Assembly (NCBI GenBank): GCA_044229845.1
Contig: JBGASG010000001.1
Span: 992,001-1,056,000, forward strand
Source: Candidatus Obscuribacteraceae bacterium
Lineage (GTDB): Bacteria; Cyanobacteriota; Vampirovibrionia; Obscuribacterales; Obscuribacteraceae
DNA length: 64,000 nucleotides
Reading direction: 5' to 3'
The translations under genes and the position numbers were made by a program. Below, piece by piece: positions 29,295 through 38,457 of this stretch (its first letter is position 1; each line of letters begins with the position of its first letter). The notes beneath the pieces are model-generated. The model had not been told where the DNA came from, made no database searches, and saw nothing but the letters and a program-made list of their open reading frames with translations.

Positions 29295-31424
29295 CTACTT
29301 GGACTCTGCGAGGGGGTAGAACGCAGACATATGCAACTGTTTCTCTTTGATTCCGGCTAACTTCTTGAAAGTGGAACTGGTTTTTTGTTCGCCTTTTTGA
29401 TCTAAGAATTTTGAGCACGCGTTCAAGGCGACAGCCGCTTCGCGCGAAGGACCGCAGATGTAATGAGCCAGCTTGCATGTCGCGACTGCATCTCTATAAA
29501 ACTGCTCAGCGTGAGGCTCATCACGCATCTGCTCGGACATCTTTGCGGATGAAACGAGAGTAGCAGCTAGCTGCCACGCATATAATCCAGGTTTGGTCTG
29601 ATAGCTGTCGATCGCCAATTGATTCATTTCCATTGCTTTCGGAAGATTATTTTGCTTTCGATAGATGTTTGCAGCTTGTGTGGCCGCCAACGCAAGCTCA
29701 CCCACTGCATTGGGTTTGCCGGAGCATATTTTTATGGCTTGATCGAGATCAGATAAAGCCTGGGAATCGGAATCGAGCAAATTAGCATGCGCGATCAGAA
29801 GGACCGCGTAGGAAACCCATTGAGTTCCCTTAGCCTTCTTCCAGCGTTGCATGCATGCATCAAGTTTGGTCCGGGCAGTTTCAGTATCGCCTTGCTCAAC
29901 GTACATCTGCGAAGTTTCTGCTTCGATAATAGCTTCTGGAAACGACTGATTGCTTTCTTCTGCTTTGACTATTTTCAAGGCGTTTTTCATGTCCTGCCTT
30001 GCTGCCTCGAAATCGGTTGCCGATGCAGCAGCCAGTTCCAGCCAACCATGACCGCGCAGGTGGAAGGATTTGCTGTCTTTGCACTCTTCGTCGGGAAGTG
30101 CGGAGGTGGCTTTGCGAAAGTCAGCCAGTGCAGTTTTGGTCTGCCCCAATTCAAAGTGTACGAGACCCAGCTCTTCCCATGCCGACGCTGTGAGCCCAGC
30201 GTACTTTTTACTGTCGGGTATTTCGGCGAGACATCTCTGGTAAAGCTGGATAGACTCAGGAAATCGTTCTGCCGCATACATGTGCCTGGCTTCGAACAAT
30301 GTCACCTGCGGCGCCGCTACGACCTGGCTAACGTCCATGCTGATACCGGGGAGAAGCTTTACAGCAATCAAGCCCGGATCTTTTTCTGGTAGCCACGACC
30401 GTGCTTTTTGCATCAACTGGGCGGCGGCCGCGAAGTCACCTTGAAAAACGCGGGTGTTAGCCGCGTGGATGAGTGCCATGGTTACATAAGGATCCCTGGT
30501 AATTCCTTTTTTGCGCAGGGCCGCTATGCGCCTGTCAGCCGCACTGACAACGCACTCTTCGGCTTCCTGGTATCTGCCTTTTTCGAGGAGCTTGGTCGCG
30601 AGGGCCATAGTGCAAAACAAGTGCCGACTGTCATCGGCTTCAAAGTGAGAGCTGACATCAGCGGCACTACTCCGCACTTGTTCGCTGGTTTGACTTTCGA
30701 CGAGGCCGTCCTGAATGAACTGCGGAAGCAATATTAGCCAGGCAACTTCAAACGGACGCCAGATGAGAGGCGCTACCAAAGATAGTGCAAGTGCCATGGA
30801 CACGATGCACTGGTTGAGCTTTCTTCTGTGAATCTTTGAGAGCGCGGTCGGATCTGTCTCGGTCAAGGACAAGATGATGTTTTCTTTTTGCAGCGCCAGT
30901 GGTTGTGTGGTTGTTGGTCCCAGAAAAAGCATCACTTGAGTTGAGCCATTGGCAGCGATTGTTTTGAAGCCTTTTCCACGCGCGGTGAAGAGTCTCTCTT
31001 CATCTGGTGCGGCATCGGCTGAGATCGCGGAAGCGGCTATTTTGATCAGCGGTACGCGTGTCGGCCAGGCGCCATCAAATTCCGCCGTGACTTCGCATGA
31101 GCGAGCGTGCACAATCTGTTCCAAGGCCGATACTTCTTTGATCCGAAACAGATGGTTCCAGAATATGTAAGTGAGAAACGCGCCAGTGAGCACCAATGGC
31201 AAGACCGGATAAAGGAACAGCGTTGGAGCGAGGTGAAGGGTATTTCTAGTTAACGGCGGCAGAACGATGAGCAACAGGCATAGAAACAGGGCCAACACGA
31301 AAAATGCAAACATGGCGACTGCGGTCAGTCCCAGAATCAAGACATACCTGCGCCGCGCAACGGCTATGATTGACTTCGTCGTTGATTGCTTAAACGAAGC
31401 GTTGCTTTTTGAGTTCGGCATCAT
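29295..31424 (-). CDS. Membrane-anchored TPR repeat protein (start uncertain)
   Basis: N-terminal TM segments followed by many TPR-like helical repeats. The ORF-track extension to 31649 overlaps the macrodomain gene and is probably not real. Confidence 0.75.
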   Translation of the reverse strand: MMPNSKSNASFKQSTTKSIIAVARRRYVLILGLTAVAMFAFFVLALFLCLLLIVLPPLTRNTLHLAPTLFLYPVLPLVLTGAFLTYIFWNHLFRIKEVSALEQIVHARSCEVTAEFDGAWPTRVPLIKIAASAISADAAPDEERLFTARGKGFKTIAANGSTQVMLFLGPTTTQPLALQKENIILSLTETDPTALSKIHRRKLNQCIVSMALALSLVAPLIWRPFEVAWLILLPQFIQDGLVESQTSEQVRSSAADVSSHFEADDSRHLFCTMALATKLLEKGRYQEAEECVVSAADRRIAALRKKGITRDPYVTMALIHAANTRVFQGDFAAAAQLMQKARSWLPEKDPGLIAVKLLPGISMDVSQVVAAPQVTLFEARHMYAAERFPESIQLYQRCLAEIPDSKKYAGLTASAWEELGLVHFELGQTKTALADFRKATSALPDEECKDSKSFHLRGHGWLELAAASATDFEAARQDMKNALKIVKAEESNQSFPEAIIEAETSQMYVEQGDTETARTKLDACMQRWKKAKGTQWVSYAVLLIAHANLLDSDSQALSDLDQAIKICSGKPNAVGELALAATQAANIYRKQNNLPKAMEMNQLAIDSYQTKPGLYAWQLAATLVSSAKMSEQMRDEPHAEQFYRDAVATCKLAHYICGPSREAAVALNACSKFLDQKGEQKTSSTFKKLAGIKEKQLHMSAFYPLAESK

Positions 31425-32004
31425 GAGCGCTGGCGGCTTCGACCGTGGCGAAGTTGGGCAATTGCCCCAGGACGATCTGGCAGTAGGCTTCGTACATTTG
31501 GAAGGCGGCAGTGGCCGGAGGCAGCCCGGTGCCCTGACCGAGATCGCCGAATGCCACGGAATCCAAACCCTCGGCACCGCGATGGCGGTCGGCTTCGCGA
31601 ATGTATGCTGCCACCGCTCGCAGTGCGGCGCGCGTCGCCAGGTAGGCATTCAATCCCGGGTTAGTCATGCGCAAGGGCACGCGTGTCGTCGGCGTGAGCA
31701 CAACGATGCGTGGACTGTCGATGCCACTGGTCATCACTTCAGCGTTGCCGACAGGCAGTTCGCCGGAGTACTTTTCAGTGATGATTTTTCGCGCTCGCGA
31801 TTCTAAGAGTCCGTCGGTTTTCTTATTCAGGTCTTCCGACAGCCCTTCTTCCATGATGCCGAAACTGTTTATCGGCAACACGACCGCCGACACGTCGAGT
31901 TCGAGAACGCTCTTGTCTTCGACTTTGACTCTGCCTGCGCGGTCGAAGAAGGACCGCCAGGCTTTGATGACATCGGGGTTGGTATCGGCTAGATAGACGT
32001 CCAT
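31390..32004 (-). CDS. Macrodomain (Appr-1''-p processing family) protein, divergent
   Basis: AVVLPINSFGIM, GELPVGNA, PTTRVP, NAYLATRAAL, LGQGTG, AAFQM. Confidence 0.8.
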   Translation of the reverse strand: MDVYLADTNPDVIKAWRSFFDRAGRVKVEDKSVLELDVSAVVLPINSFGIMEEGLSEDLNKKTDGLLESRARKIITEKYSGELPVGNAEVMTSGIDSPRIVVLTPTTRVPLRMTNPGLNAYLATRAALRAVAAYIREADRHRGAEGLDSVAFGDLGQGTGLPPATAAFQMYEAYCQIVLGQLPNFATVEAASAHDAELKKQRFV

Positions 32005-32025
32005 GATCGACTGTTATTCTACTCC

Positions 32026-35000
32026 TTACGTCGAGGCAGTCACGACATCTTTGGCGAGCGATTCGCACATCGGGCAACTGCGCAATTCCTTGGCAATCAT
32101 GCGGCGCGATTCGTTTCTGCCTTTGCACTCTTTGCATTCCTTCAGTTGTCTGAAGCAACGAGGACACTTGGTGGCGTCCGGCGTCACCGGGCAACTGCAA
32201 GCATGACACAGCACGATCGGCGGGCTATCGAAGATACAACGGTCACTACCCTTGGTGCACAGTGTCAGTTTCTCCAGAGGCGCAGCGCAGTACGGGCAAA
32301 TATCAGACCAGAGCGAACCGCAGAGGTCGCAACTGCAGCCACCGGGCATGGCTTCTTTCGGCAGGTTGATCACTTCCGGTTTCGGACGACCCTCCGCCAT
32401 ACAGCCGGGGCAGTACTGTTTCTTCTGCTCGAGAATGGCCAGACACTCTGGGCACTTGCGGCTGCCTTCTTCGATGACCTTTTGACATTGCGGGCACATG
32501 ATCTTGCCCGGCACGATGAAGGTCTTGATGCCGACGCGGAAGCAATCGGGGCAGAACTGGCGCAGTTCATTCAATGCCCGAGTAACATCGTGACCGCGAG
32601 CGCAGAGTTTCATTGCCGGCGGTTCTGGCTGCTTGTACGAGAGCCACTGCAGATATGGGTTGGGCTCAGCCACGAAGCGCACGTCAGTGTGCATAGGGTT
32701 GAGTTTGCGATCAGTGTTTTTGTAGAACGTCTCGTAATCGATGATCGATGTCAGCGATGCCAGTGAGTAGAGAGGATCGTATTGTTTGACGACAATACGG
32801 GGCTCGACATCCGAGAGCACCACATCGGTCGGGCGGAATGTGGGCACCGACTTCTGCATTTCTTCCATCAGCTTTTCAGGCACCTTGGTGCCGTTCAGTC
32901 CGAGGAATGTGATCGGCGAAGTGGCGGAAGCGACCTGGTGCGTCTGCACGAACCAGAGCGGGCTGCTGTGAGCCAGCATCAGTTGCATCAGATTCTCTGG
33001 AGCAAACTCGAAGACGATGCTCTTGCCGTCGGCGTCGGCATATGTAGGTTCTTTGAGGCGACCGGTCGCCGGGTCGATCGGGAAGAGTTCATCGAAGACA
33101 CGCTGTTTAACGAATTGGTGCAACTCGTGTTTTTGTTTCTCAGGTTTGGCGGCATTCTCGATATCCGGGTCTGCTTCAATTTCGAGCAGGCGGTATGAGA
33201 GTTCCGCATTGATCCGTTGCTTCATGGTGTCAGACAACTCGGGCACCACAGCCTTCCAGTCGCCGTTCAACCAGATAGGTGTCAGCAGGAAGTTGAGGAA
33301 ACGCTCCACTTCGCGTCTGCCGACCAGCGGTTTATCGATCAGCACGCGTTCGGTGCCGACGTCTTCCAATTCCGAAACCGCAGCCGAGAAGGCAGCGTCG
33401 TTTTTCTGATCTAGATCGGTGACCGAGGTGACCAGAGTCTTCAGACGTTCTTGAATTGTTTCCAGCACGGTGATCAGATCGCCATAAAGCGATCGCATCA
33501 TGCCGTACTGGCGCGTTTCTTTGCCGAGCCCGTCATAGTAGTCGGCAACTCGTTCGACCAGGATAGAAACGGTGTCGTTGACGATCGGCAATTGCATGTC
33601 GCTGCCGATGCGCTGCAACGAATCCAGCGCTTCCATCGGCCCGCGACGCGGGTCGCCGTCCATCTTCTTCTGAGCCGGCACTTGGGCTTGTTTTGTTTTG
33701 ATGCCGGCCAAAAGTTCTGCCACCCATTCGGATACGAATATGTAACCGTAGCGGGGATCGACGCAGTACATGCGGATCGTCGAATTGAGTGAGTTTTTGA
33801 ACGTCTGCAGCGTGTCCTTATAATAGGTGGCGTTGGCGCATTCGATTTCCAGCGGATTGTTGGGATCGACTTTTTCGGCTACGACTTGTTCGACCCACTG
33901 TTTGACGTTGTTCAAACACGCCGGTCTGTTGACACGAAACTCATCGAGGAAGTTGCGCGACAGGAAGCGGGCGTATGAGCTGTCATTGTTCAAGCTGTTG
34001 CGCAGCAGCAGGTGGTCTTCTACTTTGCCCAGGTGGTCGTTGATAAACTGTTTGGCGAGCACGCGTTCGGTGACGTCCGGATCGGGACGCAGCAGAAAAT
34101 CGACAACGGTCTGTACGATGCGTTGTTCGAGAAGCGATTTGTACTCCGCAAGTGGTGGCACCTTTGCGGATGAGACGCCGACCGCAGAATAAGAACGGTG
34201 CAAAGTGCGGTCATCAAATTGTTCAGGGTCACCGATATTGGTGAAGATGTTGCTGAGAATCGACTCGTTACGCTCGGTAATCGGCGACAGGATGTCTGTC
34301 ATGATCGTTTCCGAGATGTATTGCGCTATGCGGTCATCCGCCGCCATCGGCGTGTCTGAAGAAACCTGTCGCTGCGACACCACGGCGCCGCGCTTGTTTT
34401 TATTGCTGAACAGAAACGCAAAGTCAAATGGTGTGACATCGCGTTCGAAATCGACGAAGGTGTGATCCTTGCCACGGATTTTGTAGCTGCGCATCGGGCT
34501 GTTCATCAAATAATCCAGCTCGCGCAGAGCAGCGTAAGTGTTTGCGTTGATGCGTTTTAAGTGCTGGTTCTCAACGACCGATTCATAGACTTCGGGCAAA
34601 ACCAGCATACCCACGAAGCGGCGCGTCGAGGGGTCGACGCCCACGAGTTTGCGCAGCATGTATGCGATGTCCAGAAACATGCCGCTGCCGGTGCCGCCGC
34701 ACAGCGAGCAGATTACATAGATAAATTGCGTGCCGGGATCGATGGCGAATCCTTTGTATTCATCCCAGGCGGCCGGGTCTGAAACTTCCTGCGCGGCTTG
34801 CTGCAGCCAGCGGTAATTGGTGTAGAGGTTTTCGCCCTTGTAGAGTCCGATGCGGCCGAACATGCGCACCTGACCGGAGCCTTTGGCGGCCTTCGGAAAG
34901 TCGACGTTCATACCCGGGTCCGGATACCAATCTTTGATGTGGCGGTTTTCCGGAGCATCGAGGTTGGAGATGATTTTCGGCGTGTCGCTTTGATCAATGA

Positions 35001-35223
35001 CACGCGTTTCGCTGATGCCCAGTTGCACAATCTCGCCGGTGAGTTGACTGATTACCGGCGGGTTGCTCACGGCACCATCATCGGTGTCGATGGATAGCAG
35101 ACGTACCCAGGGCAGATTGTCGCGCTGATAGGTGTCGAGAATGCGGCGCTTCAAATGCGTGAGTGCACGCTTGCCCGTGCCTCCCAGACCGACGACGAGT
35201 GACGGAATAGTGCGAATTGCCAT
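32026..35223 (-). CDS. Large tubulin/FtsZ-like GTPase (Tubulin_2/FtsZl1 type) with helical middle and C-terminal zinc-ribbon array
   Basis: VGLGGTG, IDTD, GSGQVRMFGR, SLCGGTGSG, ANTYAALREL; about 10 CxxC motifs in the last ~195 aa. Confidence 0.9.
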   Translation of the reverse strand: MAIRTIPSLVVGLGGTGKRALTHLKRRILDTYQRDNLPWVRLLSIDTDDGAVSNPPVISQLTGEIVQLGISETRVIDQSDTPKIISNLDAPENRHIKDWYPDPGMNVDFPKAAKGSGQVRMFGRIGLYKGENLYTNYRWLQQAAQEVSDPAAWDEYKGFAIDPGTQFIYVICSLCGGTGSGMFLDIAYMLRKLVGVDPSTRRFVGMLVLPEVYESVVENQHLKRINANTYAALRELDYLMNSPMRSYKIRGKDHTFVDFERDVTPFDFAFLFSNKNKRGAVVSQRQVSSDTPMAADDRIAQYISETIMTDILSPITERNESILSNIFTNIGDPEQFDDRTLHRSYSAVGVSSAKVPPLAEYKSLLEQRIVQTVVDFLLRPDPDVTERVLAKQFINDHLGKVEDHLLLRNSLNNDSSYARFLSRNFLDEFRVNRPACLNNVKQWVEQVVAEKVDPNNPLEIECANATYYKDTLQTFKNSLNSTIRMYCVDPRYGYIFVSEWVAELLAGIKTKQAQVPAQKKMDGDPRRGPMEALDSLQRIGSDMQLPIVNDTVSILVERVADYYDGLGKETRQYGMMRSLYGDLITVLETIQERLKTLVTSVTDLDQKNDAAFSAAVSELEDVGTERVLIDKPLVGRREVERFLNFLLTPIWLNGDWKAVVPELSDTMKQRINAELSYRLLEIEADPDIENAAKPEKQKHELHQFVKQRVFDELFPIDPATGRLKEPTYADADGKSIVFEFAPENLMQLMLAHSSPLWFVQTHQVASATSPITFLGLNGTKVPEKLMEEMQKSVPTFRPTDVVLSDVEPRIVVKQYDPLYSLASLTSIIDYETFYKNTDRKLNPMHTDVRFVAEPNPYLQWLSYKQPEPPAMKLCARGHDVTRALNELRQFCPDCFRVGIKTFIVPGKIMCPQCQKVIEEGSRKCPECLAILEQKKQYCPGCMAEGRPKPEVINLPKEAMPGGCSCDLCGSLWSDICPYCAAPLEKLTLCTKGSDRCIFDSPPIVLCHACSCPVTPDATKCPRCFRQLKECKECKGRNESRRMIAKELRSCPMCESLAKDVVTAST

Positions 35224-35316
35224 GTTTTGTCTTTCAACTCCGCTTATGCGAAAGAGGTGCCGAGCTACATGCTCGGACTAATTACCTGTCCTATCGAGTT
35301 ACCAAACCAACGTGCA

Positions 35317-35523
35317 TCAATGACTGAAGAATACGGCCTTCCCAACCAGCAACAAAACGCCGATACCGAGTGTGATACCACTTGTGAGATTGGCCAGCTT
35401 GGTGGCTTTTTCCGGCAACCAGCGATTGTGTTTCACAAGAATGGTGTACACGGCGAAGCGCTCGATAATTGCGATGACAATAACCACGACGCCAAGTATT
35501 ACGTACCAGCTTGTCAATTCCAT
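35317..35523 (-). CDS. Small 2-TM membrane protein
   Basis: AAGGA RBS before ATG 35523; two hydrophobic segments. Confidence 0.65.
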   Translation of the reverse strand: MELTSWYVILGVVVIVIAIIERFAVYTILVKHNRWLPEKATKLANLTSGITLGIGVLLLVGKAVFFSH

Positions 35524-35649
35524 TGCGATGTTGTCCTTTTCCTGCGCCCTGCGCAAGTATAGCGAGATTGATCTTGATATAGCTGATACCCTTGCGGCCT
35601 GCCGATCAAACGCTTGAGAAGACGAAGAATTTGTGAATATGCTTGGTTT

Positions 35650-37458
35650 TCAGCGCCTGAGCCGCGCTACGGTCAAGATAAAACCTAAGACGAGCATCAG
35701 CGTCAGAAGCGCGATTAGCGGGATTGCGACCGGGCTTATTTCTTCCCATGCACTGGGCTGAATGCGCACGGCGTATGGGATTTCGTCGACAGACTTCATC
35801 GACGAATCGCCGTCGATGCGCACCTTAAAAACGCCGCGATACAGCCCTGGCGGCTGATCCGCCGGAACAGCCACTGGAATGGAAATCACTTTCGCTGTGT
35901 CGCCAGGTTCGAGTACTGCTTCGAACGGCTTGCCGCCGTTAATTTGGGACGGTTGAATCGTCGCAGATTGCTGCGCCGCGTCGTGGTGTTTTTCCGGAAC
36001 GAATTGCGCCGGTTGCGGCGTCAAAACTACTTTCGTGTCCGATTGAACTTTTTTGCCCACTCGAGCGTTTATAGATAGAGGCACTTTCGTAGAAGTAGGT
36101 TCCGGAAAGAAAAATCCGGGCTTTCTGACAGCTGTCTGTTTCTCCGTTTCCTCGAACAAAATACGGGAGGGCACAGTCACGCAATAACAAACCAATTCCG
36201 GGACCAGTGCGGTCGATACCAGGCGCACGGCACCAAAATAATTTCCTGGCTGGCATTTCGGGTCTACTTCAGCTACCAGTTCGATCGGTTGCCAGCTGGC
36301 GTTATTGTTTTTTTGCTTGAACGCCGGTGCCAGTTCGTACTGAGATTCTTTCAGATGAACTTTCATCATGCCGGACGGCAAAGTCGATGCTGGTTGTAGC
36401 GGTCCGGAGATCGACTTGCCGTTTTGTTTTACAGCGGTGAGCAGTTTCTGGCGCTCTGTCGGCGTCAGTCGCGGGGTTTCATCCGAAAGACCGGTAACCT
36501 TTTCCGGATAGCAAGAGCGCGAAGCTGCCTTGATTTCCGTCAGGCTTTGCGCGCCTTTGATTTCGCCGAAGTCGGCCAGTCCGCCGCTGGCTGCGTCCGC
36601 TATGTCGATTTTGGCGCGTAAGTCCGCGATGGTTTTCTGCACGGCCCGGTAGATGCGGTTGGCTACCGTCGAGCCGCCTTCGGTTGTCACGTCAAGGAAA
36701 TCGCCACCCAATATGGTGGCAAGTTCTTTGGCGGTAGTGGTGCCTGCCTTGCGATCAGGCAGGCGCTGCAACCCGATCACGCGCACTTGCAGTGTGTTGA
36801 CGCCCAGCTTATCGGTAAGGGCGCGCTGCTTGTCGACAAAAGTTCTGGCCACATCTTTCACTTTCAGTGATGCACCGGGTGGCGGTTCATCCCAGCCATC
36901 GGTGAGCATCACTACGAACGTGGTGGCACAGGGGTCGGCGCCTTTCGTCAACTCTTCAATCTTCGTGTACGCACTATCAAGTGCGCCGGCCATATAAGTA
37001 TCACCGTGTTTGTCTGCTTGCAGCTCGGCGTTGTTTGAGATGTGCGCCACCAGTTGCGCTCGATCGTCCGGCGAAGCGATGCTCGCCGGCCAGTCTGTTT
37101 TTGGTTCGATGGCGGTGCCGAATGTAATAAACGAGAGCTTGCTGTTAGGTGGTATCACGCGCTCGTCGTTGACGATGGCGCGCAGCGCATCGCGCAGTGC
37201 TTCAAACAACGTCACCTGCTTGCCGCCGGCACCGGTGACCATGGTGCGTTTCGATACCATGCTGCCCGAGACATCAATCAGAAATATATAGTTGATCGGA
37301 CGTTCAGCGGATTCGGATGGACCGGGAGACACGGTCGTTGAGGGTGCACCGATCTGGGCATGCGCAGGCGTAAATCCCGGCCACGGCAGCAACCAAGACA
37401 TCGACACCGCCAGCAAAAATGCCAGGGTGATGATGCGGCGACTCGACTTGCTGCGCAC
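35650..37458 (-). CDS. vWA domain protein with signal peptide, beta-rich region and C-terminal TM anchor
   Basis: MIDAS DVSGS, GDT, LTDG; hydrophobic N- and C-termini. Confidence 0.9.
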   Translation of the reverse strand: MRSKSSRRIITLAFLLAVSMSWLLPWPGFTPAHAQIGAPSTTVSPGPSESAERPINYIFLIDVSGSMVSKRTMVTGAGGKQVTLFEALRDALRAIVNDERVIPPNSKLSFITFGTAIEPKTDWPASIASPDDRAQLVAHISNNAELQADKHGDTYMAGALDSAYTKIEELTKGADPCATTFVVMLTDGWDEPPPGASLKVKDVARTFVDKQRALTDKLGVNTLQVRVIGLQRLPDRKAGTTTAKELATILGGDFLDVTTEGGSTVANRIYRAVQKTIADLRAKIDIADAASGGLADFGEIKGAQSLTEIKAASRSCYPEKVTGLSDETPRLTPTERQKLLTAVKQNGKSISGPLQPASTLPSGMMKVHLKESQYELAPAFKQKNNNASWQPIELVAEVDPKCQPGNYFGAVRLVSTALVPELVCYCVTVPSRILFEETEKQTAVRKPGFFFPEPTSTKVPLSINARVGKKVQSDTKVVLTPQPAQFVPEKHHDAAQQSATIQPSQINGGKPFEAVLEPGDTAKVISIPVAVPADQPPGLYRGVFKVRIDGDSSMKSVDEIPYAVRIQPSAWEEISPVAIPLIALLTLMLVLGFILTVARLRR

Positions 37459-37462
37459 TACT

Positions 37463-37909
37463 TCACGACTTCAAAACGAAGGGGCACCGGGTGCAGAACG
37501 CTTTGGCAAACTGCACCGGTTTCTCTTCAATATCAAGTGCATTCTGCACGCTGCAGTGCAGAGTGGCACCACACTTGGGGCACTCCAGTTCGCGGTTGCC
37601 CATCAGAATTGAGCGAATCAACTGCTGCTCCTGCGCCGCGGTGCTTTCTTCGTTGAAAGCTGTGCGCACCTCTACTTCTTGTAGCAGCGATGGCTCAATC
37701 ACCAGAGCCTTGCACAAAATCTGGCGGTCGGCTGCCGAGAGCCAGCCCTCCAGCCCTGCCTCAAGATCCTCTATGCGTTGCACCGTGAAGCGGCAAGACT
37801 TCGCAAGATCTTTCGTGGTCAGATTGCGGAATTCCCGCAGCTGTCTAAGGCGCTGCGCCAGAGTTGACGCCAGCGGCATATCCGAAGGTAGTCGTTTGAT
37901 TTGTGCCAT
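37463..37909 (-). CDS. XRE-family HTH protein with C-terminal zinc ribbon
   Basis: RLRQLRE..NLTTKDLAK....RIEDLEAG; CPKC...CTRC. Confidence 0.8.
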   Translation of the reverse strand: MAQIKRLPSDMPLASTLAQRLRQLREFRNLTTKDLAKSCRFTVQRIEDLEAGLEGWLSAADRQILCKALVIEPSLLQEVEVRTAFNEESTAAQEQQLIRSILMGNRELECPKCGATLHCSVQNALDIEEKPVQFAKAFCTRCPFVLKS

Positions 37910-37965
37910 GCGTAATTTCTAGCACGAATCGCCCGCCAAGATGTGGAGTACCGCAGACGACCAGA

Positions 37966-37996
37966 AGCCACGGAGCAACACAGATGCCCCGTGGCT
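37966..37996 (-). terminator. Probable terminator hairpin
   Basis: Minus strand AGCCACGGGGCA-N7-TGCTCCGTGGCT downstream of the 38060 ORF; weak U-tract. Confidence 0.5.
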
Positions 37997-38059
37997 ATAA
38001 ACTTCTTAATGCCTGACCGCCGCGCTATCTTGCATTGACGCGACGGAAAGATTTTGTTC

Positions 38060-38263
38060 TCAGCTGGCTTCGCTGGTGTCGTTTGCGATTTCGCTGGTTT
38101 TACTGCTGTGGCCGATCATCTTGTCGATCAGCTCGAAAATCGCCGCCGCCTCTTCCGACTTGCCTCGCGAGTGATACATGAACGCGATGGCTTTGAGCTC
38201 GGCGACTTCTCGTTCGTTGAGGGACTTCGGGTGTCCTGATTTGTTGCTCTTATCTGTGTTCAT
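38060..38263 (-). CDS. Small hypothetical protein with one TPR-like helix pair
   Basis: AFMYHSRGKSEEAAAIF. Confidence 0.5.
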   Translation of the reverse strand: MNTDKSNKSGHPKSLNEREVAELKAIAFMYHSRGKSEEAAAIFELIDKMIGHSSKTSEIANDTSEAS

Positions 38264-38457
38264 AGGACTCAACCCGGTGAAGTAGGCAACCCACGTGCCT
38301 GAGCGCGGGCGCCTATGAGTCAATTAAAATCCTCCTGGCACCGGGAAGGTAGATATGTTTTCCATATAGGAGTACATGTTTCCCGGAATCATGCGCAGGC
38401 GCGGCGCTTTCGGCTTCGTTAGACGCGCTGCATTACACGAAAATACTGCGTTAGACT

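Noticed and set aside
32026..35223. Calling this gene ftsZ
   Set aside because: 1065 aa, no division-cluster context, and motifs match the divergent Tubulin_2 type rather than FtsZ.
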